Source of the DNA: Candidatus Krumholzibacteriota bacterium
GTDB lineage: Bacteria > Krumholzibacteriota > Krumholzibacteriia > JAJRXK01
Reading direction: 5' to 3'
Length of the DNA stretch: 64,000 nucleotides
NCBI GenBank assembly: GCA_963764625.1
Contig: CAVXTH010000009.1
Span: 224,001-288,000, forward strand
Below the pieces are notes generated by a model. That model ran no database searches. It was given only the letters and a program-made list of their open reading frames with translations, and was not told where the DNA came from. This document shows, piece by piece, positions 9,650 to 20,052 of the stretch. The translations under genes were made by a program, and so were the position numbers. How positions within the stretch are numbered: position 1 is the first letter of the stretch; every line of letters starts with the position of its first letter.

Positions 9650-10993
9650 ATGGCGACCCAGGGAGTGCGAGTGGAACGCGGCCCGTCGCGATCTGCGCGA
9701 GTGGGACTACTCACGCCCTCGGGTTGGGGCAACCTGGGCGATGCGGCCATCCAGGACGCGGTCATTCAGGCCATCCGCCGCCACCAACCCGACGCGGAGA
9801 TCTGCGTCTTTTCGCTCAATCCGGCCGACACTCGCATGCGACACGACATCGAGGCCGACCTGCTGTCGGGCTTCTCGGTGGTGCCCGGATACACCGTCGC
9901 GGTGGGCTGGAACGACGCGCCTCCGATGGAGTCGAACGGCGACTCTCCGGTTGCGCCAAAATCGGCACCGGCTGCGGCGAAACCGTCGCTGCCCCGCGCC
10001 ATGCTCGCGAGACTCGGTCCCGGCGTGGAGGAAGTCCTGCGCCGCGTGTACTACGACCAGGCCTATTTGCGGCGGATGCGGCGCAAGCTGAAGGACTTCG
10101 ACCTCGTCCTGGTTTCCGGAGGCGGGCAGGTGGACGCCGAATGGGGAGGCGCCTGGGGTCACCCGTGGACCCTGGCCAAGTGGTCTCTTCTGTGCCGCAG
10201 CGTTGGGATCCCGTTTCTCGTTCTCAGCGTGGGCGTTTGTACTCTAGACGATTTTTTCAGCCGGATCTTCGCGCGTATCGCGCTTCGCCAGGCCGACTTC
10301 GTCTGTTTTCGCGACCAGAACTCCCGCCGGCGCGCGCTCGAATTGCACCTGGTGGAGGACGCAACGGTGGAACCCGACCTGGCGTTCGCCTACGACGGCC
10401 TCGATCCGTCCCTCTGGAGTCGGGGGGAGAGCGCAGTGGTGGCGGTCGGGCCCATGGCCTGGTGCGACCCCAGCGTATGGCCACGGCGCGACGAAGTGGC
10501 CCACCTGCGATATATGGAGAATTTGAGCAGCTTCGTGGCAGGGCTCTTGCGAGAGGGAAATCGGGTGCTGCTGGTATCGAGCGACAACCCCGATATGCGG
10601 ACGGTCGAGTGGATTGCCAGGAAGATCGGAGCCGATCATCCGGAATTGCGCTCGGCTCTGGAAACGCCGCGGACCGGAACGGTTGATGAATTCTTGAAAG
10701 TAGTGAATCGTGCGGAGTCCATGGTCGCGAGCCGGCTCCATGGATTCCTTCTGGCGGCGGGGTTGGGGAAGCCAGTGCTTCCTCTGTCCTACGATCCCAA
10801 AGTCGATTCACTTGCTCGGGAGTTAGGTCTTTCCGCCTATCGCGAGGACATCGCCGACTTCGATCCCGCGGGCTTACGGGAGACCTTTCGTCGGCTTCAG
10901 GGCGACGGCGACCGCTGTCGGGACAACTTGAAACACACGGTCACCGCTTACCGGAATCGTCTGGAGCGGCTCTTCGCGGAGTCGTTGCGGTGA
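9650..10993 (+). CDS. Polysaccharide pyruvyl transferase family protein
   Basis: GNLGDAAI, SGGG, FRDQNS, PDLAF, SRLHG, YDPKV; start 9650 or 9629. Confidence 0.88.
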   Translation: MATQGVRVERGPSRSARVGLLTPSGWGNLGDAAIQDAVIQAIRRHQPDAEICVFSLNPADTRMRHDIEADLLSGFSVVPGYTVAVGWNDAPPMESNGDSPVAPKSAPAAAKPSLPRAMLARLGPGVEEVLRRVYYDQAYLRRMRRKLKDFDLVLVSGGGQVDAEWGGAWGHPWTLAKWSLLCRSVGIPFLVLSVGVCTLDDFFSRIFARIALRQADFVCFRDQNSRRRALELHLVEDATVEPDLAFAYDGLDPSLWSRGESAVVAVGPMAWCDPSVWPRRDEVAHLRYMENLSSFVAGLLREGNRVLLVSSDNPDMRTVEWIARKIGADHPELRSALETPRTGTVDEFLKVVNRAESMVASRLHGFLLAAGLGKPVLPLSYDPKVDSLARELGLSAYREDIADFDPAGLRETFRRLQGDGDRCRDNLKHTVTAYRNRLERLFAESLR

Positions 10994-11017
10994 GTTCACG
11001 ATCCGAAGGATGAATTG

Positions 11018-11803
11018 ATGCTCGAGCACCTGCGAGAACTCTTCCGCTATCGGGAACTCTTGCGCAGCCTCACCTGGCGCGAGATCCGGGTCAAATACAA
11101 GCAGTCGATCATGGGCGTGCTGTGGGCCGTTTTCATGCCCATGATCGTGGTCTCGGCCGGGATTCTGGTAAAGTACGCCGCGGCGAGACTCTCCAACACG
11201 CCCTTCAACGCGGCCGCCATCGCCTCCATATCGATTCGCGCGGTGCCCTGGGCATTCTTCGTCTCGTCTCTGCGCTTTGCCACCGGGAGTCTCATTTCGA
11301 ACACGAATCTCGTGACGCGTATCTACTTTCCCAAAGAGATTTTTCCTTTGGCCGCGGTGCTCTCCCAGCTGTTGGACTTCGCGGTGGCCTCCGGGGTTCT
11401 CCTGGTGCTTCTGACCGTGGTGCAAGTAGGGGTTTCGGTGCACCTCTTGTGGGTTCCCGTGCTCATGCTGCTCCTCATCATTCTCGTGGCGGGACTGGGC
11501 GTGTTTCTCTCGGCCTCGGCCCTGTTCTTCAGAGATGTGAAATACCTCGTCGAGGTCGTTCTGACCTTTGCCATCTTCTTCACGCCCGTGTTCTACGAGG
11601 TGAGCTTGTTCGGGAAGTGGTCCAAAGTGCTCCTCCTCAATCCAGTGGCGCCGATTCTGGAGGGAATGGACGCGGTGATCGTGAAGCATCAGGAGCCGCA
11701 GCTGCTGTGGATTCTCTACAGCACGGTGTTGGCCCTGGTCATCCTCACCGGAGGATATTCCTTCTTCAAGCGATCCGAGCCGGCATTCGCCGAGAACATC
11801 TAG
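11018..11803 (+). CDS. wzm: ABC-2 polysaccharide exporter permease
   Basis: YRELLRSLTWREIRVKYKQSIMGVLW, RIYFPKE, FFRDVKY, TPVFY, LNP. Confidence 0.93.
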   Translation: MLEHLRELFRYRELLRSLTWREIRVKYKQSIMGVLWAVFMPMIVVSAGILVKYAAARLSNTPFNAAAIASISIRAVPWAFFVSSLRFATGSLISNTNLVTRIYFPKEIFPLAAVLSQLLDFAVASGVLLVLLTVVQVGVSVHLLWVPVLMLLLIILVAGLGVFLSASALFFRDVKYLVEVVLTFAIFFTPVFYEVSLFGKWSKVLLLNPVAPILEGMDAVIVKHQEPQLLWILYSTVLALVILTGGYSFFKRSEPAFAENI

Positions 11804-11812
11804 GAGAATGCG

Positions 11813-13015
11813 ATGAGCGAGATTGCCCTGAAGTTGGATCACGTGAGCAAGAAATTCCGGCGCGGAGAAATCCATGACTCCCTCAGGGATCTCATTCCCG
11901 CATTGACCGGAAGCTTTCTCAAGGGAGGGACCGGACTGCAGAAGGAGGAGTTTTGGGCGCTCGACGACGTGTGCATGGAAGTGAAGAAGGGCGAAGCGTT
12001 CGGAATCATTGGTCCCAACGGCGCGGGGAAATCGACCATCCTGAAGCTTTTGAGCGGAATCCTGGTGCCCACTCAAGGATCTCTGATCGTCAATGGAACC
12101 CTCTCCGCCCTGATCGAGGTGGGCGCCGGATTCCATCCCGACCTCACTGGTCGCGAGAACATCTATCTCAACGGGTCCATCTTGGGGATGAAGAAGAAGG
12201 AGATCGAGGCCAAGTTCGACGAAATCGTGGAGTTCTCGGGACTCGCGGGATTCCTGGACACTCCGGTGAAGCGATACTCGTCGGGCATGTACGCTCGTCT
12301 GGGATTTTCCGTAGCGGCGCACGTCGACCCCGATGTCCTGGTGGTCGACGAAGTGCTGAGCGTGGGCGACCTGGTGTTCCAACGCAAGTGCCTGCAGCGC
12401 ATGAGCGAAGTCCTCAGCAGTGGAGTCACCGTGCTTTTCGTGTCGCACAGCCTGCGGGCGGTCGCCGAACTCTGCTCGAGAAGCATGTTGCTGGTCGGGG
12501 GAAAAGTTGCCGCGCTCGGTCCCTCCGACGGGGTCATTTCGGAGTATCTCGCGCAGGCGACGGGCGAGCGCCGCAAGAGCGATGGGCCGGTGGAAGTGCA
12601 CTCGGTGCGGATATCTTCACCCAACGGTGACGGGGTCCATTTCGTTTCGGGGGAAACCGTCGATGTGGAAGTCGAACTCCGCGCGCGCGAGTCCTGTCCG
12701 AGAGTGGCGGTCGTACTCGATTTGCTCGACGAGAGCCAATACAACCTCTTCAATACTTCCACCGAGAGAATGGGCCACGCGCCAGTCGATCTCGAACCAG
12801 GGGAAGTCTACCGCTGCACCTTCCGTCTGGATCTCCACCTCGCGCAAGGTACTTTCTATCTGGGAGCGCACGCTTACCGCTACGACGTGGAACACAACTA
12901 CGACAGTCTGGTGCCGGCGCTCACCTTCTACGTGAGCTCGGGGATCGAAGTGCGAGGGGCAGTCAACTGCAATCCTCGACTCGTGGAACAAAAACGAGAA
13001 ATAGGGAGCAGATAG
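11813..13015 (+). CDS. wzt: ABC polysaccharide exporter ATPase with C-terminal carbohydrate-binding domain
   Basis: GPNGAGKST, GFHPDLTGREN, YSSGMYARLGFS, DEVLSVGD, plus a Wzt_C-like extension. Confidence 0.94.
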   Translation: MSEIALKLDHVSKKFRRGEIHDSLRDLIPALTGSFLKGGTGLQKEEFWALDDVCMEVKKGEAFGIIGPNGAGKSTILKLLSGILVPTQGSLIVNGTLSALIEVGAGFHPDLTGRENIYLNGSILGMKKKEIEAKFDEIVEFSGLAGFLDTPVKRYSSGMYARLGFSVAAHVDPDVLVVDEVLSVGDLVFQRKCLQRMSEVLSSGVTVLFVSHSLRAVAELCSRSMLLVGGKVAALGPSDGVISEYLAQATGERRKSDGPVEVHSVRISSPNGDGVHFVSGETVDVEVELRARESCPRVAVVLDLLDESQYNLFNTSTERMGHAPVDLEPGEVYRCTFRLDLHLAQGTFYLGAHAYRYDVEHNYDSLVPALTFYVSSGIEVRGAVNCNPRLVEQKREIGSR

Positions 13016-13017
13016 GA

Positions 13018-14061
13018 ATGCGAATTCTGGTCACCGGTCACCGAGGGTACGTTGGTTCCGTTCTGGTTCCCCACCTTCAGAGCCTCGGTCACGAACTGAG
13101 CGGCATGGACATTGATCTCTACCGCAGGTGCAGCTACGGGAAGAATCCCATCGAGATTCCCGCAGTGGAAAAGGACATCCGCGATGCCGTCGCGGAGGAT
13201 TTCACGGGGGTGGAGGCCGTCGTTCATCTGGCCGCCCTCTCCAACGATCCCCTCGGCGATCTCAACCCACAGCTGACCTGGGCCATCAACCACGAAGGTG
13301 CGGCCCGAGTGGCGAGAGAGGCGCGCAAGGCCGGGGTCAAGCGCTTCGTCATGGCTTCCACTTGCAGCAATTACGGAGCGGGAGACGATCGACCGGTCAA
13401 AGAGGACGCTCCCCTGCATCCGCTGACTCCCTACTCGCAGTCGAAAGTGAAAGCCGAGCAAGAAATCACCCTGCTCGCAACCGAAGAGTTCACGCCGACC
13501 TTTCTCCGCTTCGCGACGGCTTACGGAGTCTCGCCTCGGCTGCGCTTCGACATCGTTCTGAACAACCTCTCGGCCTGGGCCTACACTACCGGCAAGGTGC
13601 ATCTCAAGAGCGACGGATCTCCGTGGCGCCCTCTCATCCATGTGGAGGACATGGCGCGCGCGTTCGGTGCGGTTCTCGCAGCGCCCTGCGATACGATTCG
13701 TGGAGAGGCCTTCAACGTGGCTCCTCCGGGGGAAAACTACCGGATCCGTCAGCTGGCGGAGATCGTCAAGGAAGCGCGCCCCGGGTGCGAATTGGAATTG
13801 GCGGAAGGGGCTTCCGCGGACGCTCGCAACTACCAGGTGGACGTGAGCAAGATTCAGGAGCGCATTCCGGCCTTCAAACCCGTGTGGAACGCGACCAAGG
13901 GAGCGCGACAGCTGCTCGACGCCTACACGAGCAATGGGCTCGAGCTCGAGGAATTCGAAGGTCCGACCTACAACCGCATCGATCACGTTCGAATGCTGCT
14001 TAGGGAGGGTTACCTGACCACCGACTTGCGCTGGACGGGGAAGTCCGGCCCGAGTGATTGA
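13018..14061 (+). CDS. NAD-dependent nucleotide-sugar epimerase/dehydratase (extended SDR)
   Basis: TGHRGYVG, HLAALSND, STCSNY, YSQSK. Confidence 0.9.
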   Translation: MRILVTGHRGYVGSVLVPHLQSLGHELSGMDIDLYRRCSYGKNPIEIPAVEKDIRDAVAEDFTGVEAVVHLAALSNDPLGDLNPQLTWAINHEGAARVAREARKAGVKRFVMASTCSNYGAGDDRPVKEDAPLHPLTPYSQSKVKAEQEITLLATEEFTPTFLRFATAYGVSPRLRFDIVLNNLSAWAYTTGKVHLKSDGSPWRPLIHVEDMARAFGAVLAAPCDTIRGEAFNVAPPGENYRIRQLAEIVKEARPGCELELAEGASADARNYQVDVSKIQERIPAFKPVWNATKGARQLLDAYTSNGLELEEFEGPTYNRIDHVRMLLREGYLTTDLRWTGKSGPSD

Positions 14062-14071
14062 GGAGAGAACC

Positions 14072-15325
14072 GTGAGCGAGAAGAATACGACCGCCCCGGC
14101 GTCCGTCTGTCGATCATGCGGCGAGCCGCTCGGCGAAATCTTCGTCGATTTGGGCATGTCTCCGCCCTGCGAGAGCTATCTCGCGGCGGATGAGATCCAT
14201 TCGATGGAACCGTTCTATCCACTCGTGGTGTACGTCTGCGACAAGTGCTGGTTGGTGCAGCTCGAGGAGGTCGTGGCCCCGGGCGACATCTTCCGCGACT
14301 ACGCCTATTTTTCGGCCTACTCCACTTCCTGGGTGGAGCACGCGCGGCGTTACACCGAGCAGATGATCGAGCGCCTCGGCTTGACCCGAGACAGTTTCGT
14401 GGTGGAAGTCGCCAGCAACGACGGCTATCTGCTCCAGCATTTCGTCCAGAAGGGCATTCCCTGCCTCGGAGTCGATCCCGCCGAGAACGTGGCGGTGGAG
14501 GCGGCGGAAAGGGGAGTGGAAACGCTCACCGAGTTCTTCGGCAGCGAGTTCGCGGAGGAATTGGTGAAGGACCGGGGGAAGGCCGATCTCATCGTGGGGA
14601 ACAACGTGTTGGCGCAGGTTCACGAAGTCAATGACTTCGTGGAGGGCATGCGGGTGCTCCTCGCCGAGGGAGGTACCATCACCCTGGAGTTTCCCCATCT
14701 TTTGCAGCTGATGGAGCAGAATCAGTACGACACGATCTACCACGAACATTATTCCTACTTCTCGCTTCTGGCGGTGGAGAGGATTTTCAGCGCCCACGGA
14801 TTGCGCACCTGCCACATCGAGGAACTGAGCACGCACGGGGGATCGCTGAGGGTCCACGCGTGCCACGAGGACGATCCCCGTCCAGAGGACAAGAGCGTGG
14901 CGGCGATCCGCGAGCAGGAAGCGAAGGCCGGACTGAACGGCCTGGTGGCCTATCGCGAATTCCAGGAGAGAGTGCACGCGCAGAAACGCGATCTCCTCGA
15001 GTTCCTCATCGAGGCCCGCCGCGCCGGCAAGCGAGTGGCGGGATACGGCGCGCCGGGCAAGGGCAATACCCTGCTCAACTACTGCGGGGTTCGCGGGGAC
15101 TTTCTCGAGTTCACCGTCGACCGAAACCCCCACAAGCAGGGAAAGTTCCTGCCGGGAACCCACATTCCGATTCTGCCTCCGGAAGCCATCGCGCAGCGAA
15201 AACCAGACTATCTGTTCATCCTTCCCTGGAACCTGAAGGACGAAATCATGGAGCAGAACGCATTCATCCGCGAGTGGGGCGGATCGTTCGTGGTTCCCAT
15301 TCCCAAGGTCGAGGTTATCCCATGA
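14072..15325 (+). CDS. NDP-sugar C-methyltransferase (Zn-binding, SAM-dependent)
   Basis: CRSCG...CDKC..VQL, EVASNDGYLL, DTIYHEHYSYFS, THGGSLR, GYGAPGKGNTLLNY, LPWN. Confidence 0.92.
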   Translation: MSEKNTTAPASVCRSCGEPLGEIFVDLGMSPPCESYLAADEIHSMEPFYPLVVYVCDKCWLVQLEEVVAPGDIFRDYAYFSAYSTSWVEHARRYTEQMIERLGLTRDSFVVEVASNDGYLLQHFVQKGIPCLGVDPAENVAVEAAERGVETLTEFFGSEFAEELVKDRGKADLIVGNNVLAQVHEVNDFVEGMRVLLAEGGTITLEFPHLLQLMEQNQYDTIYHEHYSYFSLLAVERIFSAHGLRTCHIEELSTHGGSLRVHACHEDDPRPEDKSVAAIREQEAKAGLNGLVAYREFQERVHAQKRDLLEFLIEARRAGKRVAGYGAPGKGNTLLNYCGVRGDFLEFTVDRNPHKQGKFLPGTHIPILPPEAIAQRKPDYLFILPWNLKDEIMEQNAFIREWGGSFVVPIPKVEVIP

Positions 15326-15870
15326 CCTTCCATCCCACGGAAATCGAAGGCGCCTACACTATCGAAGTCGAGAAACTCGTGGATGAGCGGGGCTTCTTTG
15401 CGCGTTCGTTTTGCCGGGAGGAATTTCAAGAGCATGGCCTGGATCCCTTGATCGATCAGTGCAATATTTCGGGAAATCTGAAGCGTGGCACCTTCCGCGG
15501 TCTTCACGCCCAGCTCCCGCCTCACCAGGAAAACAAGCTGGTTCGTTGCGAGAAGGGAGCGCTCTACGATATCTGTCTCGACCTCAGGCCCGATTCGCCC
15601 AGCTACCTGCGGCATTTCGGCATCGAGCTGAGCGGGGAAAACCGCCGCATGCTCTACATCCCCAAGGGGTGTTACCACGGCTTCATCACCCTGGCCGATG
15701 ATACGGTGGTGTTCTATCAGCTCTCCCACGGGTACGCGCCAAAGCACGCGCGAGGGGTGAGATGGAACGATCCGGTGTTCAAAATCGAGCTTCCCATCGA
15801 AATCGAAGTGATCAACGAGCGGGACGCAAACTATCCCGACTACCAGCCGGTGGAAAAGGGCCGATCATGA
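15322..15870 (+). CDS. rfbC: NDP-4-keto-6-deoxyhexose 3,5-epimerase (RmlC cupin)
   Basis: DERGFFAR, GTFRGLH, KLVRC, DLRPDSP, HGFITL, RWNDP. Confidence 0.92.
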   Translation: MTFHPTEIEGAYTIEVEKLVDERGFFARSFCREEFQEHGLDPLIDQCNISGNLKRGTFRGLHAQLPPHQENKLVRCEKGALYDICLDLRPDSPSYLRHFGIELSGENRRMLYIPKGCYHGFITLADDTVVFYQLSHGYAPKHARGVRWNDPVFKIELPIEIEVINERDANYPDYQPVEKGRS

Positions 15871-17186
15871 ACGACGCGAGACTCATGCATTGGTCGCTCG
15901 TTCAGCGAGAGAGCGAAGGCCGAGCGATGCACGAGCTCGCGACGGAACTCTATCCCCTGGCCCGGTCCATCACCGGGGACGGTCTGCGCGCCACTCTGAA
16001 TCGACTGGGCGAAGGTCTGCCGTTTCATCTTCACGAGGTGAAGACCGGAACGCCGATTCTGGACTGGACGGTTCCCAAGGAGTGGAACTGTAGGGAGGCC
16101 TGGATCAAGGGACCTGATGGCGAGATCGTCGTCGACTACGCGCGGTCCAATCTGCATCTCATGGGATACAGCACGCCGCTGCACGAGCGCATGCCTTTGG
16201 AGCGGCTCCAGAAGCATCTGTATTCGCTACCCGAACAACCCGACTCTATTCCCTGGAAGACCTCCTACTACCAGGAGAATTGGGGGTTTTCCCTGCCGCA
16301 TCGTGAGCGGGAGAAGCTCGTCGAGGGAGAGTATGAGGTCTTCATCGATGCAAGCCTGAAGGAGGGGAGCCTCAGCTACGGGGAAATTGTCTTGCCGGGA
16401 CGCAGGGAAGAGGAAATCCTCATTTCTGCCCACGCCTGCCATCCCTCTCTCGCGAACGACAATCTCTCAGGGCTGGTGGTCACCCGGGCCCTGGCTTGGC
16501 ACCTGGCCGAACGGCCGCGGCGTTTCACCTATCGCTTTGTCTACGCGCCGGGAACCGTGGGGGCCATCGCCTGGATCGCGCGCAACCAGGAGTTGCTCGG
16601 ACTCATCCGGGGCGGGTTGATCGTGGCGGGAGTGGGTGACCAGGGCGGATTTACCTACAAGCGCAGTCGCGCCGGTAGCGCCGAATTGGATCGAATCGTG
16701 ACCAGGATCCTCCACGAATCCGGGGAGGATCACCAAATCGTCGACTTCAGCCCGGACGGCTACGACGAACGCCAGTACAACTCTCCCGGGGTTGGTCTGC
16801 CGGTGGGTCGTCTGTCGCGCACCCCCTGGGGAAGCTATCCCCAGTACCACACCTCTGGCGACGATCTTGCGTTTCTTTGCGGGGAGAGTCTGGCGGGTTC
16901 GCTCGAGGTTCTGTTGCGGGTTTGCGGCGAGCTGGAGGACAATACCTACTACCGGAACTTGCTACCGGTGGGAGAGCCTCAGTTGGGTCGAAGAGGCCTG
17001 TACACGGTTCTGGGCGGGCATCGGGGCAAGAGCGAGCGCGAGTCCGCCATGCTCTGGCTCTTGAATTTTTCCGATGGGGCTCATTCGTTGAGAGATCTCG
17101 AGGAGCTCTCGGGGCACAAGAGCAGCCTCTTGGCCGAGATGGCCAAAGTGCTCGAGGAACACGAGCTACTCCGTAGGGAGGATTGA
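15867..17186 (+). CDS. DUF4910-type M28 peptidase-like protein with C-terminal winged helix
   Basis: RSITGDG, DWTVPKEWN, TSYY..WGF, HACHPSLANDNLSG, DERQYNSPG, YHTSGD, GEPQLGRRGLY. Confidence 0.88.
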   Translation: MNDARLMHWSLVQRESEGRAMHELATELYPLARSITGDGLRATLNRLGEGLPFHLHEVKTGTPILDWTVPKEWNCREAWIKGPDGEIVVDYARSNLHLMGYSTPLHERMPLERLQKHLYSLPEQPDSIPWKTSYYQENWGFSLPHREREKLVEGEYEVFIDASLKEGSLSYGEIVLPGRREEEILISAHACHPSLANDNLSGLVVTRALAWHLAERPRRFTYRFVYAPGTVGAIAWIARNQELLGLIRGGLIVAGVGDQGGFTYKRSRAGSAELDRIVTRILHESGEDHQIVDFSPDGYDERQYNSPGVGLPVGRLSRTPWGSYPQYHTSGDDLAFLCGESLAGSLEVLLRVCGELEDNTYYRNLLPVGEPQLGRRGLYTVLGGHRGKSERESAMLWLLNFSDGAHSLRDLEELSGHKSSLLAEMAKVLEEHELLRRED

Positions 17187-17187
17187 C

Positions 17188-18504
17188 ATGAGCGGTGATC
17201 GTTACACACGTTCCCGAGACTTCAGCCAACGAGCGCACGGAGTCATCCCCGGAGGATGCCACACCTACGCCAAGGGCGACGACCAGTATCCCGAGCAGGC
17301 GCCGGGAATGATCGAGAAGGGCAGCGGCTGCCACGTGTGGGATGTCGACGGGAACGAATTCATCGAATACGGCATGGGTCTGAGGGCGGTCACCCTGGGT
17401 CACGCCTACCCGGAAGTGGTGGATGCGGTGCGCAAGCAGATCGAAAAGGGCACCAACTTCTCGCGTCCCTCTCGCCTCGAGGTGGAGTGCGCCGAATCGC
17501 TGCTCGACATTCTGCCCGGCGCGGAGATGGCGAAATTCTGTAAGGACGGCTCGACCACGACCGCGGCGGCCCTTCGCCTGGCGCGAGCACACACGGGTCG
17601 CGAGAAGATCGCATATTGCCAAGACCATCCCTTCTTTTCCTACGAAGATTGGTTCATGGGCACGACCGAATTGAATGCGGGCATTCCCCAGGCGATTTCA
17701 CGTCTCAGCCTGCCCTTTTCGTACAACGACGCTGAGAGCGTAGAGCGCCTCTTCGCGGAGAACGAGGGCCAGATCGCCGCGCTCATCATGGAGGCGGAAA
17801 GGGAGACGCCCCCGCGGGACGAGTTTCTCGCGCGCACCCAAGAGCTCTGCCGGAAGAACGGAACCCTATTCGTGCTCGACGAGATGATCACCGGATTCCG
17901 TTGGGATCTGCGCGGAGCCCAGAAGGTCTACGGCCTGCAGCCGGACCTCTCGTGCTTCGGCAAGGCGATGTCCAACGGCTTTGCTCTTTCGGCGCTGGTG
18001 GGAAAGCGTGAGGTCATGGAGCTGGGGGGCTACGGCCACGATCGGGACCGGGTCTTTCTGCTCTCCACCACGCACGGCGCGGAAACCCACGCCCTAGCGG
18101 CTGGCCTGGCGGTGATGAAGGTCTATCGCCGCGAAGACGTCGTTGGAACTCTTCATCGTCAGGGAGAGAGACTGCGACTTGGGGTCGAGGAAGTCGTGAA
18201 TCGAATGGGGATCGGCGATCATTTCGGAGTCGGAGGGCGCGACTGCAACCTCGTCTACATCACCAAGGACGAGAAGGGAAACCGCTCGCAGAAGTTCCGC
18301 ACTCTCTTCATGCAGGAGATCATCAAACGGGGGATCTTGGGTCCGTCCTTCGTCATCTCGTATTCGCACAGCGACGCCGACATCGATCGAACGGTCGAGG
18401 CGGTGGCCGGCGCGCTGGAAGTCTATGCCAAAGCCCTCACCGACGGGGTGGACCGATACCTGCAAGGCAGGCCGGTGAAGCCGGTGGATCGACGGCGTGG
18501 TTGA
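17188..18504 (+). CDS. Class III PLP aminotransferase, glutamate-1-semialdehyde aminomutase-like (likely sugar-modifying, not HemL)
   Basis: IPGGCHTYAKGDDQ, WDVDGNEFIEY, DEMITGFR, FGKAMSNG; located in the glycan cluster. Confidence 0.88.
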   Translation: MSGDRYTRSRDFSQRAHGVIPGGCHTYAKGDDQYPEQAPGMIEKGSGCHVWDVDGNEFIEYGMGLRAVTLGHAYPEVVDAVRKQIEKGTNFSRPSRLEVECAESLLDILPGAEMAKFCKDGSTTTAAALRLARAHTGREKIAYCQDHPFFSYEDWFMGTTELNAGIPQAISRLSLPFSYNDAESVERLFAENEGQIAALIMEAERETPPRDEFLARTQELCRKNGTLFVLDEMITGFRWDLRGAQKVYGLQPDLSCFGKAMSNGFALSALVGKREVMELGGYGHDRDRVFLLSTTHGAETHALAAGLAVMKVYRREDVVGTLHRQGERLRLGVEEVVNRMGIGDHFGVGGRDCNLVYITKDEKGNRSQKFRTLFMQEIIKRGILGPSFVISYSHSDADIDRTVEAVAGALEVYAKALTDGVDRYLQGRPVKPVDRRRG

Positions 18505-18557
18505 GGTAGACGGATCGCACCGACGACCGAGCTCGAGCGAAGCAGAGGAATGAGATC

Positions 18558-19355
18558 ATGAAAGTTGTCTTGTTTTGTGGTGGATTGGGATTGCGTCTTC
18601 GCGATTACTCCGAAGACTTGCCCAAGCCGATGGTGAGAGTAGGGAAGCACCCGATTCTGTGGCAGGTGATGCGCTATTATGCCCACTTTGGCCACAAAGA
18701 TTTTATCTTGTGTCTGGGCTACAAAGGGGAAGTCATCAAGGACTATTTCCTGAACTACGAGGAGTGCATGTCCAACGACTTCATCCTCTCCGACGGTGGC
18801 CGGCGCATCGAGCTCTTCAATCAGGATGTCGAGGACTGGACCATCACCTTCGTCGATACGGGTATCGAAGCCAGCATCGGGGAGCGACTGAAGGCGGTGC
18901 AGCCGCACTTGAAGGGCGAGGATGTCTTCCTGGCCAACTACACCGATGGCCTGACCGACCTCGATCTGAACCAGTATCTGGATTTCGCCACGGAACAGGA
19001 CAAGATCGCAACGTTCTTGTCGGTGCGACCCACCGCCAGCTTCCACGTGGTCGAATCCGATCCCGACGGAAGCGTCACCAGGATTTCGCCAGTCGATGAG
19101 GCGACACGAATCAATTGTGGCTATTTCGTGTTGAAGCAGCAGATTTTCGACGAAATGCGCGAGGGAGACGACCTGGTCACGGCGCCGTTCCAGCGCCTCA
19201 TCGCGAAGCAGCAACTGGCGACCTTCAACCACGAGGGATTCTGGGAGTGCATGGATACTTTCAAGGATCGCCAGATGCTGGAGACCATGGTGCGCGCGGG
19301 AGACAAGCCCTGGCAGGTGTGGGCCAAGAACCGCACTCCTTCTGGCCCGCGTTGA
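18558..19355 (+). CDS. rfbF: Glucose-1-phosphate cytidylyltransferase-like nucleotidyltransferase
   Basis: CGGLGLRL...PKPMV, LCLGYKG..IKDYF, VDTG, HEGFWECMDT. Confidence 0.9.
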   Translation: MKVVLFCGGLGLRLRDYSEDLPKPMVRVGKHPILWQVMRYYAHFGHKDFILCLGYKGEVIKDYFLNYEECMSNDFILSDGGRRIELFNQDVEDWTITFVDTGIEASIGERLKAVQPHLKGEDVFLANYTDGLTDLDLNQYLDFATEQDKIATFLSVRPTASFHVVESDPDGSVTRISPVDEATRINCGYFVLKQQIFDEMREGDDLVTAPFQRLIAKQQLATFNHEGFWECMDTFKDRQMLETMVRAGDKPWQVWAKNRTPSGPR

Positions 19356-19368
19356 AACGAGGTGGCGG

Positions 19369-20022
19369 ATGATGAATCTCGGCTTGGGCAAAGGAGCGCT
19401 GAAGGTCCTGTGTCTGGGGGCGCACCCCGACGACATCGAAATCGGTTGCGGGGGCACACTTCTGGAAATGCTCGGACAGGGGCGAGAAATTCATCTCCGC
19501 TGGGTCGTGTTCGCCGCCGGGGGCGCCCGTCGCGCCGAGGCGCGTGCGGGCGCGGAGACCTTTGGAAAGAAAGCCTCCTCGCTGCAGACCGTTTTTCACG
19601 AATTCGAGGACGGCTTCCTTCCCTACGAGGGCGAAGCGGTGAAGCGAAGGTTCGAGGAGCTGAAGAACGGCGCCAATCCGGATCTCATCCTCACCCATTG
19701 GAGCGGTGATCTGCACCAGGATCATCGCCTGGTGAACGAACTCTGCCTCAACACCTTCCGCGACCACCTCATCCTCGAGTTCGAGATTCCCAAGTACGAC
19801 GGCGACCTGGGGAGACCCAACTTCTACCTACCGCTCAGCCGTGCCAGCATGCAGGCCAAAGTCGATGGGCTAAAGAGCTGCTTTCCTTCTCAGAGCAAGA
19901 AGGATTGGTTCGATGAGGAGCTCTTTCGCGGGCTGGCGAGAATTCGCGGAATGGAATGCCGCGCCAAGGATGGTTACGCGGAAGCCTTCTATCTGCGCAA
20001 AGCCCGGCTCTCTTTCTCCTAG
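19369..20022 (+). CDS. PIG-L/LmbE family de-N-acetylase
   Basis: AHPDDIEIGCGG, DLHQDH. Confidence 0.9.
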   Translation: MMNLGLGKGALKVLCLGAHPDDIEIGCGGTLLEMLGQGREIHLRWVVFAAGGARRAEARAGAETFGKKASSLQTVFHEFEDGFLPYEGEAVKRRFEELKNGANPDLILTHWSGDLHQDHRLVNELCLNTFRDHLILEFEIPKYDGDLGRPNFYLPLSRASMQAKVDGLKSCFPSQSKKDWFDEELFRGLARIRGMECRAKDGYAEAFYLRKARLSFS

Positions 20023-20052
20023 AAAGAAGGCGGATCTCCCGGACGCATGGGG

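Noticed and set aside
17188-18504. hemL (tetrapyrrole synthesis)
   Set aside because: Lacks the PGGVNSPVR motif and sits inside a glycan operon
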